This document shows, piece by piece, positions 26,079-36,620 of a DNA stretch of 64,000 nt. The stretch's first letter is position 1, and each line of letters starts with the position of its first letter. A program made the translations under genes and the position numbers. Location: positions 34,007-98,006 of the forward strand of contig NZ_OZ244791.1 of NCBI RefSeq assembly GCF_965219815.1. Reading direction: 5' to 3'. Below the pieces are notes generated by a model that saw nothing but the letters and a program-made list of their open reading frames with translations, was not told the origin of the DNA and made no database searches. The DNA comes from Candidatus Poriferisocius sp. (GTDB lineage Bacteria; Actinomycetota; Acidimicrobiia; Acidimicrobiales; Bin134).

Positions 26079-26118
26079 CCCGTAAGGTTCGCGCAACCTG
26101 ACCGAGGAGGGGGAGTTC

Positions 26119-27351
26119 ATGAAACTCAAGTTCAAGTTCTTGATCGCTTTGCTGGCGGTTTTTGCCCTAGTGGTGTCCGCCTGCGGCAACGACGACGATG
26201 ACGCCGCACCGGAGCCGGAACCAGAGCCGATGGCCACCAGCGTGGACATCGACGCGGTTCTGGCTGCCGACCTGAACAACTGCGCTGCCCCGCCCACCGG
26301 TGATCCCATCCGGGTGGGCATGGCCATGGACTTCAGCGACGTGGTGGGATTCGTGGACATCCCCGGCTCAAAGCTGGTGCCATTCATCGCCGAGAAAGTC
26401 AACTGCACCGGCGGCATCAACGGCTCCCCGGTAGAGGTCCGAGTGGCCGAGGTCGGCGACGACGCAGTGCTGGCCACCCAGGAACTCCTGGATTGGGGCG
26501 CACACTTTCTGATTGGTCCTCCGTTCGCCGACTTCGCCCTGCCGATTCTCCAGACCACCGAAGGCCAGGTTCCGCTGTTCGTGGCCGCCTCCACCGAGCC
26601 GACACTGGCCGACGCCTCGATCAACTCATTCCTGGTGACCTTCGACGACTACGGCATGTCGGGCGCCGCGGCCCAGTGGGCTTGGGACCAGGGCATCACC
26701 CGAGCCATCGTGTTCACCGAGGGTGCGGGCATCCCCTATACCGGGATCAATCCCGATGCCTTCATGGCCAAGTTCGAAGAACTCGGCGGGGAGATCGTAA
26801 GCGTCCAGACCTACGTATGGGCAGCCGACACCGACTTCTCCGCTCAGGTCAACGAGATCGCCGGAATTTCTCAGAACAACGAGGTTGTCTTCTCAGCCGC
26901 TCTCGGCTTCCAGGTCACCGCTTTGCGGGGCCAGCTCGAAGGCCAGGGCCTCGACGAACTGACCTACATCGGCACCGACGCGCTGGACGCCACCGGCATC
27001 CAATTCGAGGACAACAACGAGGGCATTGCCCACACCCCGCACACCAGCATTTCCTCCGGCGATCGCATCGACACGATGCTGGCCGACTTTGAGGCTGCCA
27101 AGGGTGAGGCATTGGAGAGCCGGGGATTCATGGCCCTGTACGTGGACTCCATGTTCCTGGGCATTCAGGGCATCTTGAACTGCGGCTGCACCAACCCTGC
27201 CGACATCGGCGCCGCGGTGGCCCAAATCGAGGGTTTCCAGGGCTTGACCGGCGAGATCACCTTCGCTGGTACCAACGGAATTCCGCCCAAGGCCGTCCCT
27301 ATCAATCGAATCGTCGACGGTGTGGACACCCTGGTCGCCACCATCGGCTAA
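26119..27351 (+). CDS. ABC transporter substrate-binding lipoprotein (LivJ/branched-chain amino acid or amide type)
   Basis: Signal peptide and lipobox LVVSACGN. Periplasmic-binding type I features. Strong GAGGAGGGGGAG RBS. Confidence 0.8.
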   Translation: MKLKFKFLIALLAVFALVVSACGNDDDDAAPEPEPEPMATSVDIDAVLAADLNNCAAPPTGDPIRVGMAMDFSDVVGFVDIPGSKLVPFIAEKVNCTGGINGSPVEVRVAEVGDDAVLATQELLDWGAHFLIGPPFADFALPILQTTEGQVPLFVAASTEPTLADASINSFLVTFDDYGMSGAAAQWAWDQGITRAIVFTEGAGIPYTGINPDAFMAKFEELGGEIVSVQTYVWAADTDFSAQVNEIAGISQNNEVVFSAALGFQVTALRGQLEGQGLDELTYIGTDALDATGIQFEDNNEGIAHTPHTSISSGDRIDTMLADFEAAKGEALESRGFMALYVDSMFLGIQGILNCGCTNPADIGAAVAQIEGFQGLTGEITFAGTNGIPPKAVPINRIVDGVDTLVATIG

Positions 27352-27398
27352 CCCCAGGCCCGAAAACTCAGGCCTGATGCTCACATACGATTAGCGCC

Positions 27399-28109
27399 AT
27401 GCTCGAAGTCTCGAGATTGACTACCCGGTACGGTGCGATCTCAGCGCTTCGAGATGCCGATCTGCACGTTGGGTCTGGTGAGGTGGTTGGCCTCATCGGA
27501 CCCAACGGCGCTGGCAAGACCACGCTGTTGGGATCGATAGCCGGGCTGCTCTCCCCCGCAGCCGGTACGGTCACCTTCGAGGGAGCCGAGATCACCGGCC
27601 GGTCGCCAGAAAGACTGCTGCGCCTTGGCGTGGCACTGGTTCCCGAACATCGGCGGATCTTTGGCGACCTCACCGTGGAGGAGAACCTCAAGATCGGCGG
27701 GATCACCCAGTCCCGCGACGAACGGGTCGAGTTGCTCGCAGAGATGGGCGAGCGGTTCCCGGTGTTGCGAGAGAAGCGGACGGTGGCTGCCGGCTACCTC
27801 TCGGGTGGGGAATCCCAGCAGCTGGCCATTGCCCGGGCACTGATGTCAAAGCCTCGACTACTGATGATGGACGAGCCCTCTCTTGGCTTGGCTCCCGTGC
27901 TGGTGGATGTGGTGTTCGAGTTGATCGAAACACTCCGAAGCCAAGGACGAACCCTACTGGTGGTGGAGCAGAACGCCACCCGCATGCTGGAGGTTGCCGA
28001 TCGGGCTTACGTGCTGCGATCCGGCGAGGTGGTGGCCGAGGGCACCGGAGCGGAGTTGCGGGAGCGCCCCGACCTGTTCGACACCTTCGTCGGGGGCAAC
28101 GGACAATGA
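27399..28109 (+). CDS. ABC transporter ATP-binding protein (LivF-like)
   Basis: Walker A GPNGAGKTT. Signature LSGGESQQ. Walker B LLMMDEPS. Confidence 0.9.
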   Translation: MLEVSRLTTRYGAISALRDADLHVGSGEVVGLIGPNGAGKTTLLGSIAGLLSPAAGTVTFEGAEITGRSPERLLRLGVALVPEHRRIFGDLTVEENLKIGGITQSRDERVELLAEMGERFPVLREKRTVAAGYLSGGESQQLAIARALMSKPRLLMMDEPSLGLAPVLVDVVFELIETLRSQGRTLLVVEQNATRMLEVADRAYVLRSGEVVAEGTGAELRERPDLFDTFVGGNGQ

Positions 28110-28993
28110 CCGAACTGCTCCAGAACCTCATCGACGGCCTGGGAAGAGGCAGCATTTATGCCCTGCTGGCGCTGGGCGTGGCCGTGATCTTCGGAGTTAT
28201 GCACCTTCTCAATTTCGCCCACGGCGAGTTGATCACCGTCTCGGGCTATGTGGCGTTTTGGACCATCAACGAGGGGTGGTCGTGGTTTGTGGTCACACCA
28301 GTGATCATTGGCACCGCCATTGCCACCTCGCTGGTCATCGAGAGGGTCGCGTTCAGCCGGGTTCGAGGAAGTTCCGACTTCACCCTGTTGCTGACATCAT
28401 TCGGCGTCCATTTCGTGGTGTTCGCCATCTTCCTGCTGTACGTCTCCGCGTCGGTGAAGACGTTCTCGAGGCCTGGGTGGGTCACCAACACTTACAGCGT
28501 GGGCTCATTTCACATCGAGGTATTCGACACCGTAGTGATAGGAGTGACGCTGGTAACCCTTTTGGCCACCACCTGGCTGGTGCAACGCACCATGTTCGGT
28601 CTGGCTCTACGGGCGGCGGCAGCCGACTTCGACACTGCACGGCTAATGGGTGTGCGGTCCGACTCTGTGATTCGGGGTGCGTTCGCCCTCTCTGGCCTGC
28701 TGGCCGGGATCGCCGGCGTGTTCTGGCTAATGCAACGCGGGCACACCACACCGAGTTCGGGTATAACCCCAATGCTCAAGGGGGTCTTGGCTGCATTGAT
28801 TGGCGGATTGGGAAGCTTGCGAGGAGCAGTTCTGGGTGGCTTCGTTCTGGGTCTAGCCGAGGTGTTGCTGCGCTCTCGGCTGCCTGACTCGGTAGCCAGC
28901 CTTACCGAGGGGTTTGTGTTCTTGTTGATTGCGCTCCTGTTCATCTTCCGACCCCAGGGACTTATCCGGGTTGCCCATGCGGAGAGGGTCTGA
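28106..28993 (+). CDS. ABC transporter permease (LivH-like)
   Basis: Polytopic membrane protein. LQNLIDGLGRGSIYALLALG start is typical of LivH. Overlaps the upstream stop. Confidence 0.85.
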   Translation: MTELLQNLIDGLGRGSIYALLALGVAVIFGVMHLLNFAHGELITVSGYVAFWTINEGWSWFVVTPVIIGTAIATSLVIERVAFSRVRGSSDFTLLLTSFGVHFVVFAIFLLYVSASVKTFSRPGWVTNTYSVGSFHIEVFDTVVIGVTLVTLLATTWLVQRTMFGLALRAAAADFDTARLMGVRSDSVIRGAFALSGLLAGIAGVFWLMQRGHTTPSSGITPMLKGVLAALIGGLGSLRGAVLGGFVLGLAEVLLRSRLPDSVASLTEGFVFLLIALLFIFRPQGLIRVAHAERV

Positions 28994-30921
28994 TGTCTGA
29001 ACAGAGCGGCCGCTCCGCTGCCCACCTGGGGGTGTTTCCCGACTTGCGTCGCGACGTGGCCTTCCCCGTCGTCGGAGTTGGGCTGCTTTTTGGTGCCTTC
29101 ATTGCCGTCGGGCTGCTCTACCAGAGCTTCTTCAGCGGTGCTGGGGAGCGCTTAGTCACCATCGCCATGATCGACGCCATCATCGTGCTTGGAATCCAGA
29201 TCTATGTCGGCAACACCGGGGTACTGTCGTTCGGCCACATCGGATTCGGCGCCATCGCCGGTTACACATTCGCCATCTTCGCAATCGCCCCGGCTGAGAA
29301 GGCCAAGCGCATCCCTGACGCACCCCTCGGGCTCACTGACGTCGACATGGGTTCTTGGGGAGCTGTGGGGGTTTCCATCGCCGTCACGGTGGTAGTCGCC
29401 ATCTTCGTGGGCATCGGCCTGGCCCGTTCCGGCGCTGAGTCGGGAGCGGTGGCTGCCACCGTCATCACGCTGGCCCTACTTTTTGTGACCCACGAGGTGG
29501 CTCGCAACTGGCCGGAGATGACGGGCGGTGAACGCGCTGGCCTGTCATTCCGCATCGGCGGCGCCCTTGACACCCGAGTACCGATCTACTTGGCACTGGG
29601 CGGGGCGCTGGTGCTGGCCCGCCTGTTTGCCCAGAGCCGGCGCGGCCGGCTGGCCAAGGCCGGTCGGGAAGACGACTTGGCGGCCCGAGCCATGGGGGTG
29701 AACCCCATGGTCCAGCAGATGATCGCGCTATTGATCTCGGTGGCAGTGGTATCGGTGGGGGCCAGCCTGCGGGTCTACGAAACCGGTTCCATCCTCCCCG
29801 AGAACTTCTTCTTCAACTACACGCTGCTGACGCTGGCCATGTTGATTGTGGGCGGGCGAAACAGCGTGACCGGGGCGCTATTCGGCGTGGCCGTAATGAC
29901 CGTGGGCCGGGAACTGGCCCGCCGACTGGGCCAAGACGGCTTCGAAGTGTTCGGCCTCGGCCTCGACAGCGCGCCGCTGGACTGGATCTTCCGGGAGAAC
30001 CTCCAAACCGTGTTCTTCGGCGCAGCCATGCTCGGCTTCATGATTTGGAGGCCCAAGGGCCTGCTCAGCGACTGGGAGTTCGACGAGTGGCTCCACCGCC
30101 GGTTCACCCGAGCCGAGAGCGCCCCGGCGGTACCAGAGGCCGCTATGGGCTCCGACCGTGACGCGGCCCTCGAGCCGGAGGCAGCCGCCACCAAGGAGGC
30201 CCGGCTTGAGGTCACCGACGTCAGTGTTGCCTTCGGCGGATTCCAAGCGCTCTCACAGTCGGGCTTCGAGGTGAGCAGCGGCGAAGTGGTGGGCATCATC
30301 GGCCCGAATGGCGCTGGCAAGACCACCATGCTGAACGTGATTACCGGGCTTGTTCCCGCAACCTCCGGGCGGGTCCGGCTGAACGGCACCGACCTCATCG
30401 GCACCCCGTCGCACGAGATCGCCCGGGCCGGGCTGGTCCGCACTTTCCAGAACCTGCGGCTGTTCGATTCGCTCACCGTGCGGGAGAACGTGGAGGTGAC
30501 CCGACTGGTGGCCATCGCCGAACGCGACGACCGCTCCACCCCCGAAACCGACGTGCTGGTGGCCGCCGCCGGCCTGTGGGACCACCGGGACCGACGGGCC
30601 AGCGAACTGGACTACGGCAACTCCCGCCGACTGGAGCTGGCCCGGGCCGCAGCCGCCCGGCCCCTGTTCCTGCTGCTCGACGAGCCCACCTCGGGGATGA
30701 GCGATACCGAGTCGCTGGCCATGGTCGAGCAGGTGCAGACCATGGCCGCGCTAGTGGGCGCCGGCGTGGTGGTGATCGACCACGACTTGGACTTCATCAT
30801 CGGCATCTGCGATCGCATCTACTGCCTCGACCGCGGCTCGGTCATAGCCTCCGGCACCCCCGAGGAAATCCAAGCCGACCCTGCGGTGCAAGCCGCCTAC
30901 CTCGGATCATCGGCGTCATGA
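28993..30921 (+). CDS. fused ABC permease (LivM-like) and ATP-binding (LivG-like) protein
   Basis: N-terminal ~380 aa is hydrophobic. C-terminal part has Walker A GPNGAGKTT, an ABC-signature-like region YGNSRRLELARA (no canonical LSGGQ), and Walker B LLLLDEPTSG. Confidence 0.85.
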   Translation: MSEQSGRSAAHLGVFPDLRRDVAFPVVGVGLLFGAFIAVGLLYQSFFSGAGERLVTIAMIDAIIVLGIQIYVGNTGVLSFGHIGFGAIAGYTFAIFAIAPAEKAKRIPDAPLGLTDVDMGSWGAVGVSIAVTVVVAIFVGIGLARSGAESGAVAATVITLALLFVTHEVARNWPEMTGGERAGLSFRIGGALDTRVPIYLALGGALVLARLFAQSRRGRLAKAGREDDLAARAMGVNPMVQQMIALLISVAVVSVGASLRVYETGSILPENFFFNYTLLTLAMLIVGGRNSVTGALFGVAVMTVGRELARRLGQDGFEVFGLGLDSAPLDWIFRENLQTVFFGAAMLGFMIWRPKGLLSDWEFDEWLHRRFTRAESAPAVPEAAMGSDRDAALEPEAAATKEARLEVTDVSVAFGGFQALSQSGFEVSSGEVVGIIGPNGAGKTTMLNVITGLVPATSGRVRLNGTDLIGTPSHEIARAGLVRTFQNLRLFDSLTVRENVEVTRLVAIAERDDRSTPETDVLVAAAGLWDHRDRRASELDYGNSRRLELARAAAARPLFLLLDEPTSGMSDTESLAMVEQVQTMAALVGAGVVVIDHDLDFIIGICDRIYCLDRGSVIASGTPEEIQADPAVQAAYLGSSAS

Positions 30922-31610
30922 CCGAGCTGGCCGTCTTCCCCGATCCCTACCAAGGCACCCGCCCGCCAAACCGCCGGCGAGGCGGACTGGCCGACGACGT
31001 GGTGCTGTATGTGAGGGAGCAAATCCTCACCGGTGCCCTGAAACCGGGGACCAAGATCGACCAAGAAGCTCTGGCCGCCGCGCTCGACGTCAGCCGCAGT
31101 CCGATCCGGGAGGCCCTGGTCATCCTGGGCCAAGAGGGGCTTTTGGACCTGATCCCCCGGCGCGGGGCCGTGGTGGCCGACCTGACCCCCGAGGACATCG
31201 TCGACCACTACGAGCTTTTCGGCGTGGTGGCCGGGCGGGCGGGAGCCATCGCGGCGAGCACTTTGGATGAGGATGAGATCGAGCAATTGCGGGCCATCCA
31301 CGACCGGTTCGTCGACGGGACTGACGACGACCTCTCCGCGCTCAACTGGGCCTTCCACCGCATCATCAACCGCACCGCCCCCCGCCGGACGCGCTGGCTG
31401 CTGCGGCTGCTGGAACGCTCGGTGCCAGCCGACTACTACGAGTTCACCGACGGCTGGAACGCCCAAGCCGTCGGCCACCACGCCGCCATCCTGGAAGCCA
31501 TCGTGGACCGCGACGCCGACGAGGCCCGCCGCCGCATGGAGCACCACCTCCACGAGTCGGGCGTGGCCGCGGTGGCCCATCTGGAGCGCCAGGGATTCTG
31601 GGAGGACTAG
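30918..31610 (+). CDS. GntR-family (FadR/FCD subfamily) transcriptional regulator
   Basis: ATG overlaps the transporter stop (ATGA). wHTH AAALDVSRSPIREALVILGQEGLL. A helical FCD-like C-terminal domain follows. Confidence 0.85.
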   Translation: MTELAVFPDPYQGTRPPNRRRGGLADDVVLYVREQILTGALKPGTKIDQEALAAALDVSRSPIREALVILGQEGLLDLIPRRGAVVADLTPEDIVDHYELFGVVAGRAGAIAASTLDEDEIEQLRAIHDRFVDGTDDDLSALNWAFHRIINRTAPRRTRWLLRLLERSVPADYYEFTDGWNAQAVGHHAAILEAIVDRDADEARRRMEHHLHESGVAAVAHLERQGFWED

Positions 31611-32777
31611 ATGACTGCTGGCTCCGACGATTTTGAGGTAATTCGCACTGAGGTCCGCCGACTGTGCGACAAGTTCGGCAACGAATACTGGCGCGAGCTG
31701 GAGCCCAGCGGTTACCCAGAAGAGTTCGTGGCCGAGCTGACCGCTCACGGGTGGCTCGGTGCGTTGATTCCCGAGCAATACGGCGGCGGTGGGCTGAGCT
31801 TGGCGGGGGCATCAGTGATCGTGGAGGAGATCTCGGCCAGCGGCGGCAATCCCAGCGCGTGCCACGCCCAGATGTACGTGATGGGCACGCTGCTGCGCCA
31901 TGGCACTGAGCAACAGAAGCAGCACTACCTGCCCCAGGTGGCCGATGGAAGAAAACGGTTGCAGGCATTCGGGGTCACCGAGCCCAGCGCTGGCTCCGAA
32001 ACCACCGCAATCCAGACTCGGGCGGTGCAGAACGGGGACACCTGGCGCATCAACGGCCAGAAAATCTGGACGTCGCGGGCGCTGTATTCCGACCTGATGA
32101 TCCTGCTGGCCCGCACCACCCCCGCCGATGAGGTGGACAACCGCACCGACGGCCTGTCGGTGTTTCTCATCGAGCTGCGGGGCGACGACGGCGAACTGGT
32201 GCCGGGGCTGACCATCAACCCCATCCCCACCATGATGAACCACAACACCACCGAGGTGTTCTTCGACGACGTTGTCGTGCCCTGCGACGCCCTGGTGGGC
32301 GCCGAGGGCCAGGGATTCCGCCACATCCTCGACGGCATGAACGCCGAGCGGATCCTCATCGCCGCCGAGTGCATCGGCGACGGCCGGTTCTTCCTGGAGA
32401 AGGCCAGCGAGTACGCCAAAGGGCGGGAGGTGTTCGGACGGCCCATCGGCATGAACCAAGGAGTGGCCTTCCCGCTGGCCAAGGCGTACACCAATCTCCA
32501 AGCTGCCGACCTCATGCGGTGGAAGGCGGCCAATATGTTCGATGCCGGAGAGCCGTGCGGGGCCGAGGCCAACATGGCCAAGCTGTTGGCGTCGGAGGCC
32601 TCCTGGGAGGCCGGCAATGCCGCGCTCAATACCCACGGCGGGTTTGGCTTCGCTCAGGAGTACGACATCGAGCGCAAGTTCCGAGAGACCCGGCTCTACC
32701 AAGTGGCCCCCATCAACAACAACCTGGTTCTGGCCTTTGTGGCCCAGAAGTGCCTCGGCCTGCCCAAGAGCTACTGA
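31611..32777 (+). CDS. acyl-CoA dehydrogenase
   Basis: FGVTEPSAGSE, WRINGQKIWTS and a C-terminal ARLYQVAP-type block are canonical ACAD motifs. Confidence 0.9.
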   Translation: MTAGSDDFEVIRTEVRRLCDKFGNEYWRELEPSGYPEEFVAELTAHGWLGALIPEQYGGGGLSLAGASVIVEEISASGGNPSACHAQMYVMGTLLRHGTEQQKQHYLPQVADGRKRLQAFGVTEPSAGSETTAIQTRAVQNGDTWRINGQKIWTSRALYSDLMILLARTTPADEVDNRTDGLSVFLIELRGDDGELVPGLTINPIPTMMNHNTTEVFFDDVVVPCDALVGAEGQGFRHILDGMNAERILIAAECIGDGRFFLEKASEYAKGREVFGRPIGMNQGVAFPLAKAYTNLQAADLMRWKAANMFDAGEPCGAEANMAKLLASEASWEAGNAALNTHGGFGFAQEYDIERKFRETRLYQVAPINNNLVLAFVAQKCLGLPKSY

Positions 32778-32778
32778 C

Positions 32779-33759
32779 ATGCGCGCCGTCGTACTCGAAG
32801 CCCGGAAATCACCACTGGTGGTGGTAGACGACTACCCCGAGCCCGGTGCGACCGGCGGTGAGACCATAGAGGTCATCGCCTGCGGGCTGTGCCACTCCGA
32901 CCTGCACGTGGTGGACGGCGAATTCCCCAGCCCGCTACCCATCGTGTTGGGCCACGAGGTCACCGGGTTCCATTCCGAGCTGGGGCCGGTGATGGTGTAC
33001 GCCCCCTGGGGGTGCGGGCAGTGCCGGGAGTGCGCCGACGGCAACGAGATGATCTGCGCCGATGCCACCGAGGCCGGGTTGGTGGTCGACGGGGGGTACG
33101 CCGAGCGGATGGCCATCGCCGACCGGGCGTACTTGTACCCGCTGGGCGATCTCGACCCGGTGGCCAGCGCACCGCTGGCTTGCGGGGGCCTCACCGGCTA
33201 TCGGGCGGTGCAGCAAACCCTGGAGACGCTGCGCCGTCCGGGCCGAAAGCGCCGAGTGCTGGTCATCGGCGCCGGAGGGATCGGTCAGTTCGCGCTGCGC
33301 TACCTGAAACTGCTGTCCGACGCTGAGGTGCTCGTCTTCGACCGGGCCGCCGACAAGCGAGCCACGGCGTTGGCCATGGGGGCCGACGGGGCGCTTGACG
33401 CCGACGACGAATTGCCACTCTGCGATGCGGTGATCGACTTCGTGGGCAGCGACACCACCCTGGCCACGGCGGCCGGCGCGGTGGCCAGGCAAGGCCTGGT
33501 GGTTGCTGTCGGTCTGTACGGCGGCCGCGTCCCGTTCGGCGTCGGGGCCGTCCCCCACGAGGCCCACTTCATGTCCAGCATCTGGGGCACTCGACCGCAG
33601 TTGGGCGAGCTCCTCGACCTGGCCCGCCGGGAGCCGTCCATCATCGCCCCGGTGGAGACCATGGCCTTCACCGACGCCCAACTGGCCCACGACCGTTTGC
33701 GCACCGGCGACGTCGAAGGTCGCCTGGTGCTCCTGATCAACCAAGCCCATGCCAATTAG
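32779..33759 (+). CDS. zinc-dependent alcohol dehydrogenase (MDR family)
   Basis: GLCHSDLHVVDGEFP and GHEVTG zinc-ligand motifs. GAGGIGQ Rossmann motif. Confidence 0.9.
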   Translation: MRAVVLEARKSPLVVVDDYPEPGATGGETIEVIACGLCHSDLHVVDGEFPSPLPIVLGHEVTGFHSELGPVMVYAPWGCGQCRECADGNEMICADATEAGLVVDGGYAERMAIADRAYLYPLGDLDPVASAPLACGGLTGYRAVQQTLETLRRPGRKRRVLVIGAGGIGQFALRYLKLLSDAEVLVFDRAADKRATALAMGADGALDADDELPLCDAVIDFVGSDTTLATAAGAVARQGLVVAVGLYGGRVPFGVGAVPHEAHFMSSIWGTRPQLGELLDLARREPSIIAPVETMAFTDAQLAHDRLRTGDVEGRLVLLINQAHAN

Positions 33760-33782
33760 CCCTTCAGAGAGGTATTCGAACC

Positions 33783-35132
33783 ATGGCTGAGCCCACCAGC
33801 ATCGACGACTTCCGCACTGCCTGTGAACAGGCGGAAGTCCACACTGTCGAGGTGGCGACACCCGACACCCTGGGCCACCTGCGGGGCAAGCGGGTTCCAG
33901 TGGAGCGCTATTTCCACCGGATCGCGGATCACGGCCTGCACATCGCCGACGCCATCTTCGTGTTCGACATGCAGAATGACCTGGCCGACAACCCCTACAT
34001 CAACATGGATGCCGGGTTTCTCGACTGCCATCTGGTGCCCGACCACTCCTCCGCCCGGGTTTTCAGCCACCGGCCCGGTTACGCCCTGGTGTTTGCCGAC
34101 ACCTTCGATCCCCATGACGACCCCCACCCCGTCGCCCCCCGCAATGTGCTGGCCAACCAGATCGAGCGGTGCCGCCGTGCCGGATTGGACCCGGTGGTGG
34201 CCACCGAGTTGGAGTTCTACCTGTGCAAGCCCGGCTGGGAACCGGTGCAAGACCACATTCAGTACTCCTCGCTTACCGATGCCATGGACGTCGAAGACTG
34301 CCTCCACGACATGCGAGCCGCTCTGTTGGGCGCCGGCCTCGAGGTGGAGTCGTCCAACCCTGAATACGGCCCGGGTCAGGTGGAGATCAACATCGAGTAC
34401 GCCGACGCCATGACCTGCGCCGACAACACCGTGCTGTTCAAGAGCATCGTCAAGCAGGTGGCCGTCCAGCATGGCCTGCGAGCCACCTTCATTCCCAAGC
34501 TCTGGACCGACCAGTCGGGCTCCGGCATGCACGTCCACACCAGCCTCGCTAATGCCGACGGAGGGGCAAACGCATTCGCTTCCTCCGATGGTCGCCCCAA
34601 TCAGATCATGGAGCACTGGGTGGCGGGGTTGATCGAGCACGCGCCAGCCCTCACTCTCTTGGGGGCGCCCAACGTGAACGGAGCCAAGCGCATCCGCCCG
34701 TATACGTTCGTGCCCACCCATATTCACTGGGGGCTCGACAACCGATCGGTGATGTGCCGTTGCATCTGCGAGGCCGGCTCGAGCGGTAACCGGGTGGAGT
34801 TCCGTTCGGCGGGGGCCGACGCCAATCCCCATGCGATCATCGCCGCCATCCTGGCCGCCGGGCTCGACGGCATCGAGCGCGAACTGGCCCTGCCCCCCAT
34901 GAGCGAGGGCGACATGTACGCCGACCCCGGCGATACCGAGCCCCTCCCCAGCGATCTGCCGGGGGGGATTGCCGCATTTCGAGGAAGCTCCCTCGCCGAA
35001 ATGCTGGGCGAGGAGTTCTCAACCACCTTCCTGCTGCTGGCCGAACACGAGCTGGCGCTGGCCACCGAGAACTCCCCCCACCCCGATGAGGTGAACGACT
35101 GGGAGCGGGCCCGGTACGCGGAGCACTGCTGA
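33783..35132 (+). CDS. glutamine-synthetase-family gamma-glutamyl ligase
   Basis: GS-like blocks ATELEFYL, GSGMHVHTS, EFRSAGADANPH. Second such gene in the window. Confidence 0.8.
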   Translation: MAEPTSIDDFRTACEQAEVHTVEVATPDTLGHLRGKRVPVERYFHRIADHGLHIADAIFVFDMQNDLADNPYINMDAGFLDCHLVPDHSSARVFSHRPGYALVFADTFDPHDDPHPVAPRNVLANQIERCRRAGLDPVVATELEFYLCKPGWEPVQDHIQYSSLTDAMDVEDCLHDMRAALLGAGLEVESSNPEYGPGQVEINIEYADAMTCADNTVLFKSIVKQVAVQHGLRATFIPKLWTDQSGSGMHVHTSLANADGGANAFASSDGRPNQIMEHWVAGLIEHAPALTLLGAPNVNGAKRIRPYTFVPTHIHWGLDNRSVMCRCICEAGSSGNRVEFRSAGADANPHAIIAAILAAGLDGIERELALPPMSEGDMYADPGDTEPLPSDLPGGIAAFRGSSLAEMLGEEFSTTFLLLAEHELALATENSPHPDEVNDWERARYAEHC

Positions 35133-35133
35133 C

Positions 35134-36405
35134 ATGGCTCCGGCTGCCGCGGTGGAAGCGCCGAACATCACCGAGCCCAGCCTCTATCTCGAGGGGATCC
35201 CCCACGACCGCTTCGCCCAGATCCGGGCCATTCCCGGGCTGGCCTGGCATCCCTACGAGAACGGTGGATTCTGGGCCGTGACCCGCCACGCCGAAGTGCG
35301 CTATGTGTCCCGGAACCCGGAGCTGTTCTCCTCGGCCATCGGCCACACCAACCTGTGGGACCTGGAAGCCGACGCGCTGGAGGCCCGGCGGTCGCTCATA
35401 GACACCGACGCCCCCGACCACACTCGGCTTCGGCGCTTGGTTGCCGGCGCTTTCACCCCCAAGAACATCCGCCGGTGGGAAGAAACGGTGCGGGCCATCA
35501 CCATCGAACTGCTCGACGAATTCGTCGCCCAAGGAGGAGGCGACTGGGTGGATATGGTGGCCGCACCTCTGCCTATCCAGGTGATCTTGACCATGCTGGG
35601 CGTTCCCACCGACGACGCCGACTATCTGGTAGAGCTGTCCAACTACCTGGTGGAGGGCACCGGCGACGCCCAGTCGATCCCCCCCGACGCATTCGGAAAC
35701 ACCACCGAGCTTCGCCTGCTGCCGTTCAATAGCCCGGCCAGCCACGCGCTGTTCGAGTACGGCGAGGGCATGCGACAGCAACGCCAAGGCGATCCCCAAG
35801 ACGACTTGGTCTCGCACTTGGTGCAGGCCGAATCTGATGAGGAGCGGATGTCGAGAAGCGAATACCGCAACATGTTCCACCTGCTGGTGTTCGCCGGAAA
35901 CGAGACCACCCGAACTGCCATCAGCCACGGGGGCCTGGCGCTGGCCGCCAACCCCGAGGAGTGGCAGCGGGTGCTTGACGATCCGGCACTGATCGAGTCG
36001 GCCACCGAGGAGATCCTGCGATGGGCCACTCCGGTGATGCATATGCGGCGCACAACCACCACCGACACCGAGCTGGCCGGTACCTCGATCGCCCAGGGCG
36101 ACAAGGTGGTGATGTGGTACGCCTCGGCCAACCGCGACGAGGCGGTGTTCGAGGATCCAGACAGGTTCGATGTAGGCCGCTTCGACGCAAGCCGGGCCAA
36201 CAGCGACCACTTTGCCTTCGGCGGCGGCGGTCCCCACCTGTGCCTGGGGGCCTTTCTGGCCCGGCTGGAGGTCACCGTGCTGCTGGAGGAGATGGCCAAA
36301 CGGTCGATCCGTCTGGAGCAGACCAGCGAGCCGGTGCGAGCCCGGTCCAACTTCGTCCACGGCGTGCTGTCAGTGGGCATGAGGCCAGCCGGGGGGAGCA
36401 ACTGA
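35134..36405 (+). CDS. cytochrome P450
   Basis: Heme loop FGGGGPHLCLGAFLAR. EEILRW. AGNETT. Start is 1 nt after the upstream stop. Confidence 0.9.
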   Translation: MAPAAAVEAPNITEPSLYLEGIPHDRFAQIRAIPGLAWHPYENGGFWAVTRHAEVRYVSRNPELFSSAIGHTNLWDLEADALEARRSLIDTDAPDHTRLRRLVAGAFTPKNIRRWEETVRAITIELLDEFVAQGGGDWVDMVAAPLPIQVILTMLGVPTDDADYLVELSNYLVEGTGDAQSIPPDAFGNTTELRLLPFNSPASHALFEYGEGMRQQRQGDPQDDLVSHLVQAESDEERMSRSEYRNMFHLLVFAGNETTRTAISHGGLALAANPEEWQRVLDDPALIESATEEILRWATPVMHMRRTTTTDTELAGTSIAQGDKVVMWYASANRDEAVFEDPDRFDVGRFDASRANSDHFAFGGGGPHLCLGAFLARLEVTVLLEEMAKRSIRLEQTSEPVRARSNFVHGVLSVGMRPAGGSN

Positions 36406-36620
36406 TGGCCAGCGACGACATGGTGCGGGTGGCCGTCGATCAGGAGCTCTGCATCGGCGGTGGCATCTGCGAGATGCTCGAACCCGAGGTGTTCGAACTC
36501 GACGACGACATAGTCATCTCATCGGTCATCGGCGATGGCCTGCTGCCTCGAGACCGAGCTGCCGTGGTGGTAGACCGCTGCCCCGGCCAAGCCATCTCCA
36601 TAGTGGAAGGGGAGTCTTGA
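36405..36620 (+). CDS. small ferredoxin (single-cluster, P450 redox partner type)
   Basis: 71 aa. ATG overlaps the P450 TGA. CIGGGICE cluster motif and a distal CP. Confidence 0.8.
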   Translation: MASDDMVRVAVDQELCIGGGICEMLEPEVFELDDDIVISSVIGDGLLPRDRAAVVVDRCPGQAISIVEGES